Source of the DNA: a virus
Reading direction: 5' to 3' (one strand)
IMG/VR virus record: IMGVR_UViG_3300044631_002422
Coordinates: 64,001-128,000 of that record
DNA: 64,000 nucleotides
Part shown: one piece after another, positions 1 to 9,035 of the stretch
Numbering within the stretch: position 1 is the stretch's first letter
Layout: the number at the start of each line of letters is the position of its first letter
Made by a program: the position numbers and the translations under genes
The notes under the pieces: generated by a model
What the model saw: the letters and a program-made list of their open reading frames with translations, nothing else
Databases searched by the model: none
Told to the model about the DNA's origin: nothing

Positions 1-172
1 CAATAAAGTTGGTGACAATTACATTGGGTGTTCAGAGGTAAAAAAATATGGTGGCTTTTCTAGTGGCTATCATATATTATATATGGGTGAATTTAAAAGG
101 TCTAATTTGTGTGATAATCTTTATAGATGCCCGCATAAATTAATTAGTGTTTCTTTAAAAGGAGAGCGTTGA
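1..172 (+). CDS. 3' end of hypothetical protein (truncated by window edge)
   Basis: Frame open from base 2 (NKVGDNYIGC...LKGER) to TGA 170-172, which overlaps the next ATG (TGATG). Confidence 0.6.
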   Translation, partial: NKVGDNYIGCSEVKKYGGFSSGYHILYMGEFKRSNLCDNLYRCPHKLISVSLKGER

Positions 173-384
173 TGTTTACTGATTGGAATTCTATTCTGTC
201 GAATAGAGGAAATGTTCATACCGTTAATAACTTTGCTAACGGTAGTATTAGTGGCGAGGATTTTTATGCTAGATTTTGTGGAACTCCTCTTGGTGGTTCT
301 ATTCGTAATCTTCTTAGGACTTACGGAGTTGAGCGAGCGAGAATTTTGGCCAAGAAAGCGTTGAATCGTCGAGAACTTGTTTAA
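172..384 (+). CDS. hypothetical protein
   Basis: ORF with AAGGAG RBS; ATG overlaps the upstream stop. Confidence 0.7.
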   Translation: MFTDWNSILSNRGNVHTVNNFANGSISGEDFYARFCGTPLGGSIRNLLRTYGVERARILAKKALNRRELV

Positions 385-401
385 TTTTTAGAGGTGCAAT
401 T

Positions 402-758
402 ATGTTGAATAATCGTGTTATTTTGAAGGGTAATTTGACTAAAGATCCAGAATACAAGACTGTATCCGACAAGGAACTTGTATCTTTCCGTATCGCTGTA
501 AATGAGTCAGTCGGTAATGGAAAGGAAGAAACAGTTTACATGGATGTTGATGGATGGGGAAGTCATGCTGGTTATGCCCGCGATGTTTCTCTGAGCAAGG
601 GTGATCGTGTGATTATCGATGGCCGTTTGCGTCAGCGAAACTGGGAAGACAAGGCTGGCGCGAACCGAACTTCTTATACTGTTTTGCCTAGTACTTTTTC
701 TAAGGTTGTGAAGCCACCAAAAATGGACGCCGAACCATCAGGATCTGAAACTTTCTAA
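402..758 (+). CDS. ssb: single-stranded DNA-binding protein (SSB-1)
   Basis: NRVILKGNLTKDPE, LSKGDRVIIDGRLRQRNWEDK are SSB OB-fold motifs; C-terminal tail ends in Phe; GAGG RBS. Confidence 0.92.
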   Translation: MLNNRVILKGNLTKDPEYKTVSDKELVSFRIAVNESVGNGKEETVYMDVDGWGSHAGYARDVSLSKGDRVIIDGRLRQRNWEDKAGANRTSYTVLPSTFSKVVKPPKMDAEPSGSETF

Positions 759-769
759 GTTTAAGTACA

Positions 770-979
770 ATGAAAAATAGACAATACTTGATAAATGCGT
801 TGAGAGATATTGAGCTTAGGCTTAGTTTATTGCAAGAGCGATCTTATTCTCTAGAGCAAAATTCTTCCGAACTACGTCAGGTAGATAAACGAAGAAAGAA
901 GCTTGATAAAAATAGAGAAAAAATTTTGAGAAAACTTGAGCAACTTAATAGCAATCAAGATTATAATAATTTAGACTAG
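770..979 (+). CDS. hypothetical coiled-coil protein
   Basis: ORF with Leu heptads, rich in charged residues. Confidence 0.6.
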   Translation: MKNRQYLINALRDIELRLSLLQERSYSLEQNSSELRQVDKRRKKLDKNREKILRKLEQLNSNQDYNNLD

Positions 980-1009
980 AGTCAATCCATAATACTCTAG
1001 AGGAAATTG

Positions 1010-1041
1010 AGATACCCTTTTAATAGGGGTATCTTTTTTTA
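1010..1041 (+). terminator. rho-independent terminator
   Basis: AGATACCC...GGGTATCT stem followed by a T-run. Confidence 0.75.
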
Positions 1042-1075
1042 TAGGTTTGTCTTACTCGTACTAATCGGATTGCAT

Positions 1076-1894
1076 ATGAAAACAGGAATAGTTATAGGTC
1101 ACAATACAGGTCTTGGTGATCAAATCATAATGAATGGTGCGGTAAGATACTTAGCTGAAGTTTATGACACGGTTTGGTTTGTTACATGGGAAAATAGAAA
1201 AAAACACGCTGAATTTCTTTATAAAAATTGTGCAAATATTGAAATTTATACTAAACCATCAATAGCAAGTTCTAGACAAGGTATACTTAGAATGAGTGCG
1301 GCATATGAAGAAATAACAAAGCAGCACAATGACTATGAATTTAAACCATACAATAGATGTTTTTATCCATCTGTTGATGATTGGAAAAAATTTCAAATTA
1401 AAATGAAATTACCGGATAATGTAATATTCCCAAGGGTATTTTATGGTATAATTGGAGTTCCATACGAAAAAAGATATCAATATCAACAAATACCAAGAGA
1501 TTTAGTAGTTGAAAAAAAGATATTTGAAAAGTTAAATATTAGTAAACCATATGCATTCGTAGTAAATGATTCTCGTTCATCAAAATATGAATTTAAAATT
1601 AATACTAATCTTAAAATTATTAACCCGCTAGAATATGATTTCTGGAAAGATACTTTAATTTATGATTGGCAGACAGTTATTGAGAATGCTTCCGAAGTAC
1701 ATTTAGTAAACACAAGTTGGTTTCATTTAGCAAGAACACTAAAGTTAAACTCCAAAAAGTTTTATTATTGCGCTAGAAATATCCTAATGTGTGAACAAAG
1801 CGAAGAATTCGTAAACGATGAATTTGATAATAACTGGATAATAGTAAAGACTAAAACTTTAGAAAAAGTTAAGAAAAAATGGTGGTTAAATTAA
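1076..1894 (+). CDS. putative glycosyltransferase (GT9/GT11-like GT-B fold)
   Basis: GLGDQIIMNGAVRYL and IYDWQTVIENASEVHLVNTSWFHL; paralog of 51162..51797. Start moved from 1007 to ATG 1076, downstream of the terminator. Confidence 0.6.
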   Translation: MKTGIVIGHNTGLGDQIIMNGAVRYLAEVYDTVWFVTWENRKKHAEFLYKNCANIEIYTKPSIASSRQGILRMSAAYEEITKQHNDYEFKPYNRCFYPSVDDWKKFQIKMKLPDNVIFPRVFYGIIGVPYEKRYQYQQIPRDLVVEKKIFEKLNISKPYAFVVNDSRSSKYEFKINTNLKIINPLEYDFWKDTLIYDWQTVIENASEVHLVNTSWFHLARTLKLNSKKFYYCARNILMCEQSEEFVNDEFDNNWIIVKTKTLEKVKKKWWLN

Positions 1895-1907
1895 GGGGAA
1901 TAAAAAA

Positions 1908-2132
1908 ATGCAAAAACCGAATAAATCTAAACAACAAAAACAATTAAAGAATGGTAAAAAGAAACGATCAAAACAATTAAAAAGAAACGAGCAAAATAAG
2001 ACTAAAAGACTAAAACGTCTTTTAAAAAACACACAAAAAAGACAAATCGAGAACGAAACATTCAAGCTTGAAGACGAAATAAGACGAATACAAAACAAGG
2101 GCTTGACATTCAGAAATCCTATTGTAGAATAG
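1908..2132 (+). CDS. hypothetical basic protein
   Basis: Lys/Gln-rich ORF with AGGGG RBS. Confidence 0.6.
   Translation: MQKPNKSKQQKQLKNGKKKRSKQLKRNEQNKTKRLKRLLKNTQKRQIENETFKLEDEIRRIQNKGLTFRNPIVE
2103..2130 (+). promoter_or_regulatory. sigma70-like promoter
   Basis: TTGACA-N16-TAGAAT upstream of the ORF at 2155. Confidence 0.5.
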
Positions 2133-2154
2133 TGTTTTTAAGAAGTTTGGAGGA

Positions 2155-2625
2155 TTGGCGATGCAAAATACTGGGACTTGGAATTCTGATTTGGCTTTGT
2201 TTTATCTGGCCGTTTTTTTGACTCCGTTGTGGCTCAAGATGATTTTATGGACAATTAACACTTTCGGGGCTAACGTAAAAGTAATTAGAGTAGAAAAAGA
2301 GGTTCAGGTTCCAGTGACTGTTTACCGCGATAGAACAGTTTACAAAACAGTACCAAAAACTCCAAAAACTCCAAAAGCTCCAAAAACCCAGCCGGTAAAA
2401 CCGATTAAGACTAAAGTTGCAGCTACTCCTAAAGTCACTACTGTTGTAAAGCAACTTACAGAAGCATCGATTATTTCTGATGCTGTATCCGGTTTGAGAG
2501 TATTAGGAATTCATAAAAGTCAAGGTCGTGATTTGGCTGAAAAAATAGCTAATAAACAACAATACAATACCGCTGAAGAATTATTGCAAGATTGTATTGC
2601 CCATATCCATAAAATGCGTACATAA
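2155..2625 (+). CDS. membrane protein with C-terminal RuvA domain III-like module
   Basis: N-terminal hydrophobic helix, Pro/Lys/Thr linker, then AVSGLRVLGIHKSQGRDLAEKI...TAEELLQDCI, resembling RuvA_C (AxxALxxLGy...xEElixxAL). Confidence 0.5.
   Translation: MAMQNTGTWNSDLALFYLAVFLTPLWLKMILWTINTFGANVKVIRVEKEVQVPVTVYRDRTVYKTVPKTPKTPKAPKTQPVKPIKTKVAATPKVTTVVKQLTEASIISDAVSGLRVLGIHKSQGRDLAEKIANKQQYNTAEELLQDCIAHIHKMRT
2353..2388 (+). repeat. 4 x 9-bp coding tandem repeat (PKT/PKA)
   Basis: ccaaaaact ccaaaaact ccaaaagct ccaaaaacc. Confidence 0.85.
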
Positions 2626-2658
2626 TAATATATCTTCAACAACCCAAAATGGTGTATC

Positions 2659-3162
2659 ATGTACAAATATTTGCTGTCTTTATTATTTTTTGTTTTATTT
2701 GTAGCTTCAACATCTGCTCAAACGTATTACTATTCTTATAGTGGTTACAGTAAAGGCGGATTTAATTGGCCCGGAACTACAAAAGAGCAAACTAATAAGT
2801 TGATTCAAGAATCTTTCGCAGAGATAAACAGGCATTCAAAAATGCAAGTCAAGCCTTGGTCTGGCAAAGGAAGCTACCAAATTACTATAAAGTTTTCTAA
2901 TAAAGTTCCATACAATGCTCTTGCTGTTATGGATGGAAATACCATGCTAATAAGCAAAACAAGACCAGTTCAGCCAGTAAACTGTAGAAGTGTAGTTATA
3001 CATGAATTTTTTCATTATCTTAACTATAAAGCAAACCCTCAAGCAGATAAGTGGGGACATAGCAACGATAAAAACTGCGCGTTCAACATCAATGGTAATA
3101 TTGATAAACTTTGTCCCGCAGAAGTTCAGTTTTTAATAAACAAATTTGGTAAAAAGCAATGA
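2659..3162 (+). CDS. secreted zinc metallopeptidase (matrixin/metzincin-like)
   Basis: Signal peptide; HEFFH followed by WGHSND. Confidence 0.7.
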   Translation: MYKYLLSLLFFVLFVASTSAQTYYYSYSGYSKGGFNWPGTTKEQTNKLIQESFAEINRHSKMQVKPWSGKGSYQITIKFSNKVPYNALAVMDGNTMLISKTRPVQPVNCRSVVIHEFFHYLNYKANPQADKWGHSNDKNCAFNINGNIDKLCPAEVQFLINKFGKKQ

Positions 3163-3818
3163 AAATATTCGAAGTTGCCCAGCAAATACGAACTAAAGTA
3201 AATTCGCTAAAATATTCAGATACGCCCGAAACTCAAAAGGTTAGTAGCTTGATAGAGGTTGGATGGCAAAACGCTTTACCAAAACCGCCAGAAAATACTA
3301 GCGATATAACTATAAGTGAGCTTAGGTATCTAGAAAAATTGACAAGAGTTTTATCGCCAGCGGAAAAAGAGTTGGTGAAAGTTGTTGACATAGAATCTTT
3401 AGACTTATTTAGAAATGTAGCAAGAAAAAATAACATCAAACTAAATGAAGACGGTTTTGTAAAATTATGGAATATATGTAGACCAATAGTATTTAATTTA
3501 AAAGCAAAGTTTAATAGACCAAGACCACAGCAACTAGCCCCGTATTTTGGTATAAATGTAAACGTAATAACAACCAAAACACATCAAACGCCAGCTTACC
3601 CATCTGGGCATACTCTTTATGCCGCATTAGCCGCGCATCTTTTTTCTGCCAAATATCCAGAATTATCTGGTGAGTTTTTTAGTCTTGTTGGTACTGTTGG
3701 TGAAGCAAGGTGCTTGCAAGGTGTTCACTATCCAAGTGATAATGAGGCATCAATGACTATTTCCAGTGTTTTATGGGAAGACTTAAAGTACAAATTGTTT
3801 CCTGATCTTTTTATATAA
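3159..3818 (+). CDS. PAP2 / vanadium-haloperoxidase superfamily phosphatase
   Basis: KAKFNRPRP, YPSGH and ARCLQGVHYPSD, the three PAP2 motifs. Confidence 0.85.
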   Translation: MKIFEVAQQIRTKVNSLKYSDTPETQKVSSLIEVGWQNALPKPPENTSDITISELRYLEKLTRVLSPAEKELVKVVDIESLDLFRNVARKNNIKLNEDGFVKLWNICRPIVFNLKAKFNRPRPQQLAPYFGINVNVITTKTHQTPAYPSGHTLYAALAAHLFSAKYPELSGEFFSLVGTVGEARCLQGVHYPSDNEASMTISSVLWEDLKYKLFPDLFI

Positions 3819-3828
3819 GGGTTTATAT

Positions 3829-4656
3829 ATGCCACTTCCGACACGACGCGAAGATGAGTCTCGCGAAAATTACATTTCTAGATGTATGTCAGACAATAAA
3901 GTTTCTGATGAATTTCCAGATCGTCAACAAAGAATTGCTGTTTGCATGTCCAAGGCTTGCGAAGGTCTTTCGGCAGTAGCTTCTGCCGACTTGCAGTATA
4001 GTGTTGAAGAATTTGGTTATACTGAAGATGTAAATGAAGATAATTTTTACATTCCAAGCGAAGATGAATACCTAAGTATCGCCAGTATTAAAGTTACTCT
4101 TGAAGAAGAAGATGAAGAAGATGATACCGAGGAGGACGAGGAAGACGATGAAGAGGATGATGTAGAAGAAATTGATGCTTCTAAAGAACTTCCGGGTCTC
4201 TGGGAAAACATTCGTAGAAAGCGCGAAAGAGAAGGTAAAGACTACAAGCCAGCAAAACGCGGAGATAAAGATCGTCCAAAACCAGACGCATGGAAACAAG
4301 CTCAAAGTAAGTTTGTTTACGAAAACCCTAAAACTGGCGAGCGTTATTCTTATATTCGTCAAGGTAACTACAAAAAAGATGGTACTATGCTTGTTTATAA
4401 GGGTAAATCATCAGAGTATCAAGGTCGAAAAGTCAAACTAAACAAGCCATTTAGAACCCCTGACGGCCCTAAGAAGTTTGCTGTTTATACGCGAAATGAT
4501 AGTGGTAAGGTAGTTATTGTTCGTTTTGGCGACCCTACAACTGACATAAAAAGAGACGATCCAGAGCGTAGAAAATCTTTTAGAGCAAGGCACAGATGCG
4601 ATACAAATCCCGGTCCACGCTGGAAAGCACGTTATTGGGCGTGTCGTAGCTGGTGA
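3829..4656 (+). CDS. mosaic phage protein with acidic tract and C-terminal DUF6321-like domain
   Basis: PLPT..E....ISRCMS N-terminal module; D/E tract; GLWENIRRKR module; KKFAVY...VRFGDP...RRKSFRARHRC...ARYWAC. Confidence 0.65.
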   Translation: MPLPTRREDESRENYISRCMSDNKVSDEFPDRQQRIAVCMSKACEGLSAVASADLQYSVEEFGYTEDVNEDNFYIPSEDEYLSIASIKVTLEEEDEEDDTEEDEEDDEEDDVEEIDASKELPGLWENIRRKREREGKDYKPAKRGDKDRPKPDAWKQAQSKFVYENPKTGERYSYIRQGNYKKDGTMLVYKGKSSEYQGRKVKLNKPFRTPDGPKKFAVYTRNDSGKVVIVRFGDPTTDIKRDDPERRKSFRARHRCDTNPGPRWKARYWACRSW

Positions 4657-4659
4657 TAT

Positions 4660-4947
4660 ATGCAAAGATTAATAGCAATTCTTATTATAATTTCACAACT
4701 TGCTAATGTAATAATAAGTTCATTTACAGAAGACGCCTCTGAAAATGATGCTGATGAAATGCTTTGCAGTAAGGCTTGGAGATTACAAGATAAACCATTT
4801 TGGAATACAGTAAAAGTATTCTTTGATGAATACGCTTGGCCTCTTTCTGTTTGGAAAGGAAAATACTCAACTCACTGCGAAGCTTGTTTTTATCAAGAAA
4901 AATCAAGAATAGAAGATAGGTTAAAACAATACAAAGACTGGAGTTAA
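4660..4947 (+). CDS. conserved phage hypothetical protein
   Basis: Hydrophobic N-terminus; DEMLCSKAWR...W...HC pattern. Confidence 0.6.
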   Translation: MQRLIAILIIISQLANVIISSFTEDASENDADEMLCSKAWRLQDKPFWNTVKVFFDEYAWPLSVWKGKYSTHCEACFYQEKSRIEDRLKQYKDWS

Positions 4948-4948
4948 A

Positions 4949-5356
4949 ATGAATATTTGGACCTCAATTAAAACATGGTTTCTTGGTTGGTTTGTTGGAA
5001 GTAAAGAGCTTAAAGTAATAGAAATACTTGAAAGCGCAGATACGTTATTCAACAAGTCTTTTCCAATAGTAAAGCAAATAGATGAAGAGTTAAAACCGGC
5101 TCTTAGAAGTTTGGCTGCTAAAAATGGCGATGAAGCTGATGTATATGAAACAATATTAGCATTCTTGAAAAAGTTTGAAGGTGTACTTGAAGACTTTCAT
5201 AAACTTGCTAAACAGGTTTACGAACTTCCAATACCAGATATGCTGTTTACAATAGCTATCGAAATTTTAAAAGCTCAATCTGCTGGAAATGTATCTTTAT
5301 CGTTGCTTAGACTTTCTGTAGAATTAGCTTATAACGTATACAAAAAAACAAAGTAA
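4949..5356 (+). CDS. hypothetical protein
   Basis: Tightly packed ORF with GGAG RBS. Confidence 0.7.
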   Translation: MNIWTSIKTWFLGWFVGSKELKVIEILESADTLFNKSFPIVKQIDEELKPALRSLAAKNGDEADVYETILAFLKKFEGVLEDFHKLAKQVYELPIPDMLFTIAIEILKAQSAGNVSLSLLRLSVELAYNVYKKTK

Positions 5357-5408
5357 AAGTAATGTCTTTTGGAGCAATTGGTCAGTTTATGATTAAAGGG
5401 GTGATACT

Positions 5409-5654
5409 ATGCTTATCAAAGTTGAAAATAAAGATGGTTACAAAACATCCAATCCATTTTATTATCACACCAAGGATGAAAATGATAAACATTATCTTTT
5501 TTCTGAGTTTCAACTTGCCGTAGCTTCCGAAAGAGCAGATAAGAATAAAGAGGATTTACCTAAAGAAAAAAAGTCCCACGCCTGTTTTTATTCCTTTGTT
5601 TGTGGTGTTTTAGTTGGTTTTATTCTAACGTTTGTTTATTGTTATTTTTTCTAA
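5409..5654 (+). CDS. hypothetical protein with C-terminal TM helix
   Basis: C-terminal hydrophobic stretch. Confidence 0.65.
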   Translation: MLIKVENKDGYKTSNPFYYHTKDENDKHYLFSEFQLAVASERADKNKEDLPKEKKSHACFYSFVCGVLVGFILTFVYCYFF

Positions 5655-5663
5655 TGGTGTATT

Positions 5664-6722
5664 TTGAATCATATCAAACTGATAGCTCCTATCAATAGTC
5701 TTGGATATGGGGTAGCTGGATACAATTTATTCAAAGAGTTATATCAACTTCATCCATCCACTGCCCTTTATCCTATTTCTCAGCCAGAGTTTGTAGACGA
5801 ATACGTTCAGACAGGAATGAATAATAGGTCTGCAAATTTCCCAAATTCTCCATGCGTTAAAATCTGGCATCAAAATGATGTACATTCTTTTATTGGGAAA
5901 GGTTTACATGTGGGTTTTCCCATTTTTGAACTTACTGAGTTTTCCAACGAAGAAAAACTTAGCATGTCGCATTGTGACAAGCTTTTTGTTTGCTCAGAAT
6001 GGGCTAAAGATGTACTTTACAACCAAAGGGGATGGAGTTCTCCTGCCGTTCATGTAGTTCCACTTGGCGTTGATTCAGATGTTTTTCAGCCATGTTTATC
6101 CAGTAGAAAAACAACAGTATTTTTTAACTGTGGAAAATGGGAAAAACGTAAAGGTCACGATATTCTTTTGGAGTGCTTCAATTATGCGTTCGGGCCAAAC
6201 GATAATGTAGAACTTTGGATGATGTGTGATAACCCATTTATTGGGCAAAACAACGAAAAATGGATGAATCTATACAAAAATTCACCGCTTGGACACAAGA
6301 TTAGATTTATTCCAAGGCAAAAAACTCACAAAGATGTGTATAATATCATGAAGCAAACAGATTGCGGTGTTTTTCCAGCTAGAGCAGAAGGTTGGAATCT
6401 GGAGTTACTAGAAATGATGTCTTGCGGTAAACAGGTAATAGCCACAAACTATTCAGCGCACACAGAATTTTGTAACAATAATAATTGTCATTTAGTTGAC
6501 CCAGAAGGTTTCGAGCCAGCTTTTGATGGAGTATTTTTTTCAGGATCTTACGGAGAATGGGCAAGTCTGCAAAAAAAATCTAAAGAACAAGTAATTAGTT
6601 ATATGCGAACCATACATAAACAAAAACAAGAAGGTTCCCACAAATTAAATACTAAAGGCATTGATACTTCAATTCAATTTAGTTGGCAAAATTCAGTACA
6701 GGAGTTATTAAATGGACTCTAG
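5664..6722 (+). CDS. glycosyltransferase family 4 (GT-B)
   Basis: GKWEKRKGHDIL; FPARAEGWNLELLEMMSCGKQVIATNYSAHTEF (ExxxxxxxE motif). Confidence 0.9.
   Translation: MNHIKLIAPINSLGYGVAGYNLFKELYQLHPSTALYPISQPEFVDEYVQTGMNNRSANFPNSPCVKIWHQNDVHSFIGKGLHVGFPIFELTEFSNEEKLSMSHCDKLFVCSEWAKDVLYNQRGWSSPAVHVVPLGVDSDVFQPCLSSRKTTVFFNCGKWEKRKGHDILLECFNYAFGPNDNVELWMMCDNPFIGQNNEKWMNLYKNSPLGHKIRFIPRQKTHKDVYNIMKQTDCGVFPARAEGWNLELLEMMSCGKQVIATNYSAHTEFCNNNNCHLVDPEGFEPAFDGVFFSGSYGEWASLQKKSKEQVISYMRTIHKQKQEGSHKLNTKGIDTSIQFSWQNSVQELLNGL
6335..6345 (+). promoter_or_regulatory. putative phage late promoter motif (inside GT4 gene)
   Basis: TGTGTATAATA, identical to the copy at 56265-56275; precedes the 6712-9030 gene block. 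Confidence 0.4.
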
Positions 6723-7635
6723 TTTTCAAACATCCCGAAAAATTCTCGATCTTTATCGTAATGGTTTCGTTGGGGCTATTTGTGACGAAGAAGATGTAAA
6801 AAAGCTTCTTGGTGAGCTTCCGATGCCAATTTTTGGTGCTGCTGCATATGATCTTAAAAATAGTGGTAAAGATAAATTAAGTTTGCCATATAAATGTTTG
6901 ATTGATTTTGATCCAGATTTTGGCCCATCGGAAAGTCAAACCACTGGCGATTGTGTCAGTCATGCAACTAGAAATGCAATCGATGTAACGCGCGCTGTAG
7001 AAATTAAAAATGGAGATAAGGAAGATTTTATTGCTCGCGGAGCAACCGAAGGAATATACCAGTCTCGCGGTCATAATGGTCAAGGAATGACATGTTCTGG
7101 AGCGGCTAGATATGTAAATCAAACTGGAGGTATTCTCCTTAGAAAGGATTATGGGGCAGTAAATCTTTCTGTATACAACTCAAGCCTTGGAGCGAACAGT
7201 AGAATTCCAGAGTCTGTTTATAAAATAGAAGCACAAAAACATCAAGTTAAAACAGTATCAAATGTAAGAACAGTTGAAGAAGCAAGAGATGCTTTAGCAA
7301 ATGGTTACGCTCTTTCTGTTTGTTCTGGTTTTGGGTTTTCCAGCAAACGAGATTCCAATGGAATTGCTAAAAGATCCGGGCAATGGGCGCACGCGATGGC
7401 TTGGATAGCTTGTGATGATACCCGTGAAAGATTCAATGAAATCTTATTTTTAGTTCAAAACAGTTGGGGCATGTGGAATAGTGGACCAAAAATTCACGAT
7501 CAGCCAGAAGGAAGTTTTTGGATCAGAGAAGCTGATGCGAGAGGAATGCTTGCAGAAGGAGGTTCTTGGGTATTTAGCGATGTAAACGGATTTCCTCCAA
7601 GAAAAATTATTTACAACAATAGCGAGGTTTTCTAA
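6712..7635 (+). CDS. papain-like (C1 family) cysteine peptidase
   Basis: QTTGDCVSHA (Q...C), WAHAM (His), VQNSWGMW (Asn), GSFWI. Confidence 0.85.
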   Translation: MDSSFQTSRKILDLYRNGFVGAICDEEDVKKLLGELPMPIFGAAAYDLKNSGKDKLSLPYKCLIDFDPDFGPSESQTTGDCVSHATRNAIDVTRAVEIKNGDKEDFIARGATEGIYQSRGHNGQGMTCSGAARYVNQTGGILLRKDYGAVNLSVYNSSLGANSRIPESVYKIEAQKHQVKTVSNVRTVEEARDALANGYALSVCSGFGFSSKRDSNGIAKRSGQWAHAMAWIACDDTRERFNEILFLVQNSWGMWNSGPKIHDQPEGSFWIREADARGMLAEGGSWVFSDVNGFPPRKIIYNNSEVF

Positions 7636-8054
7636 TGAATATTCAGCAAAGAGCCATAATAGGCGCGATAATTATTGCAGCTTTTGTTTTTTTTACAAAT
7701 CATGATAAAATTTCAAATTCCGCCTTGACAAATGATGAAATAACTAATATAATAACACAGACAGAAAAGGCTTTTAATGAAGCGGAATCTAAAATTCTAA
7801 AGAATAATCCAAAGCCTGACGATAATAAACCAGTCGGCCCAGATCCAGATGCAGCAAAATGTATTTGCAAAGGAACCGGAAAAATAGTACAAGGAGACGG
7901 ACATATTTCGCCATGTCCATACCATAGCAGCGGAGAATCTTCGCAGGTAATAGATGGAGCTTGTGATAATTGTGGAAACATAAATTCTAACATTCTGATA
8001 ACCAAATCAGATTATACTAGAAAAGATGTTTTAAATAGTGTGTTTGGTTATTAA
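7635..8054 (+). CDS. membrane-anchored protein with Cys-rich (DnaJ-like CxxCxGxG) motif
   Basis: N-terminal TM; CICKGTG...GDG..SPCPYH, CDNC. Confidence 0.7.
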   Translation: MNIQQRAIIGAIIIAAFVFFTNHDKISNSALTNDEITNIITQTEKAFNEAESKILKNNPKPDDNKPVGPDPDAAKCICKGTGKIVQGDGHISPCPYHSSGESSQVIDGACDNCGNINSNILITKSDYTRKDVLNSVFGY

Positions 8055-8077
8055 TTTTTTCTCAAAGGAGAAACATA

Positions 8078-8254
8078 ATGGAAAAGTGGAAAGCTTTACT
8101 TACGTCGAGAAGATTTTGGGTTTCAGCCGTTGCTTTAAGCTCTATTGTTGCTTCCGAGGCTTTTGGCATTACTCTCAATCAAGAACAGCTTGTTGGTTTT
8201 GTTACAATTGTTGTAGCTTGGGTTATTGGGGACACGATTAGGGAAACCAAGTAA
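8078..8254 (+). CDS. holin-like 58-aa two-TM protein (absent from ORF track)
   Basis: AAGGAG RBS; MEKWKALLTSRRFWVSAVALSSIVASEAFGITLNQEQLVGFVTIVVAWVIGDTIRETK*; TAATG overlap with the next gene. Confidence 0.75.
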   Translation: MEKWKALLTSRRFWVSAVALSSIVASEAFGITLNQEQLVGFVTIVVAWVIGDTIRETK

Positions 8255-8562
8255 TGAATTTATCAGATATAAGTCCTATTCAATGGGTATTTTTAATTGT
8301 TGGTGTTTTAATAGCTCTTCCGGCTGTAACGCCATATTTAACTTCCTTTTTGAATAAGCGGAAAGATGCGCCTAAAGATAATGATGGTTATGAAACTTAC
8401 AGTTTAACTGATATAGTTCATAAATGGGAAAGTTTAGAAGAGGCTTGCAGAAAAGCTAATTTAAATGAAGCTTCAGTAAAGTTAATCGAAGTTTTCCCTC
8501 TTTTGGCAAAAAAAGGAAATCCTGTTGATAATATAATGAGCAAATATAATCCTAACCCATAA
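8254..8562 (+). CDS. membrane-anchored hypothetical protein
   Basis: N-terminal TM helix. Confidence 0.7.
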   Translation: MNLSDISPIQWVFLIVGVLIALPAVTPYLTSFLNKRKDAPKDNDGYETYSLTDIVHKWESLEEACRKANLNEASVKLIEVFPLLAKKGNPVDNIMSKYNPNP

Positions 8563-8571
8563 GAGGTTAAA

Positions 8572-9030
8572 ATGAATAATGGCACACGGCTAGTTATTGG
8601 TTTGTGTTTGGTTTCGGTTGGTCTTTTTTGGAATAATTTAGTAAATCTTATTCCAAAAATCGATAAAAAAATTCCAAAACAAGTGGTTCAAATAGATAAG
8701 CCATCTGATGAAGTTTTTAATACTGTCAAATCAACGGCAGATTTAGTCACAGACCCTAGCGATAAAATTAAATTGTGCATTTTCAACAACACCTTTTCAA
8801 AAAGAGTAACGTCTTATTCCGCTGACGCACAGCAGATTAACGATGTTTATGTTCAGGCGGCAAAAAATATTTTTGGCGACTCTTTGAAGGGTAAATACCA
8901 AGGATTTTCTGGGTCGTTGGACAAACTTTTTGGCTCAGTTTTAGGAATAGAAAACCATATTGCTACAGATAAAGAAAAATCTGCAATATCTGATACTTTT
9001 AGGGGGTTGGCTTATTGCTTATCTTTATAA
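8572..9030 (+). CDS. membrane-anchored hypothetical protein
   Basis: N-terminal TM helix; GAGG RBS. Confidence 0.7.
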   Translation: MNNGTRLVIGLCLVSVGLFWNNLVNLIPKIDKKIPKQVVQIDKPSDEVFNTVKSTADLVTDPSDKIKLCIFNNTFSKRVTSYSADAQQINDVYVQAAKNIFGDSLKGKYQGFSGSLDKLFGSVLGIENHIATDKEKSAISDTFRGLAYCLSL

Positions 9031-9035
9031 CAATA

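Noticed and set aside
2614-2660. TGCGTACATA / GGTGTATCAT as further late promoters
   Set aside because: Only partial matches to the motif; plausible but not supportable without genome-wide statistics.
8038-8241. ORF-track 67-aa protein
   Set aside because: Shadow frame; the RBS, TM pattern and gene coupling support 8078..8254 instead.
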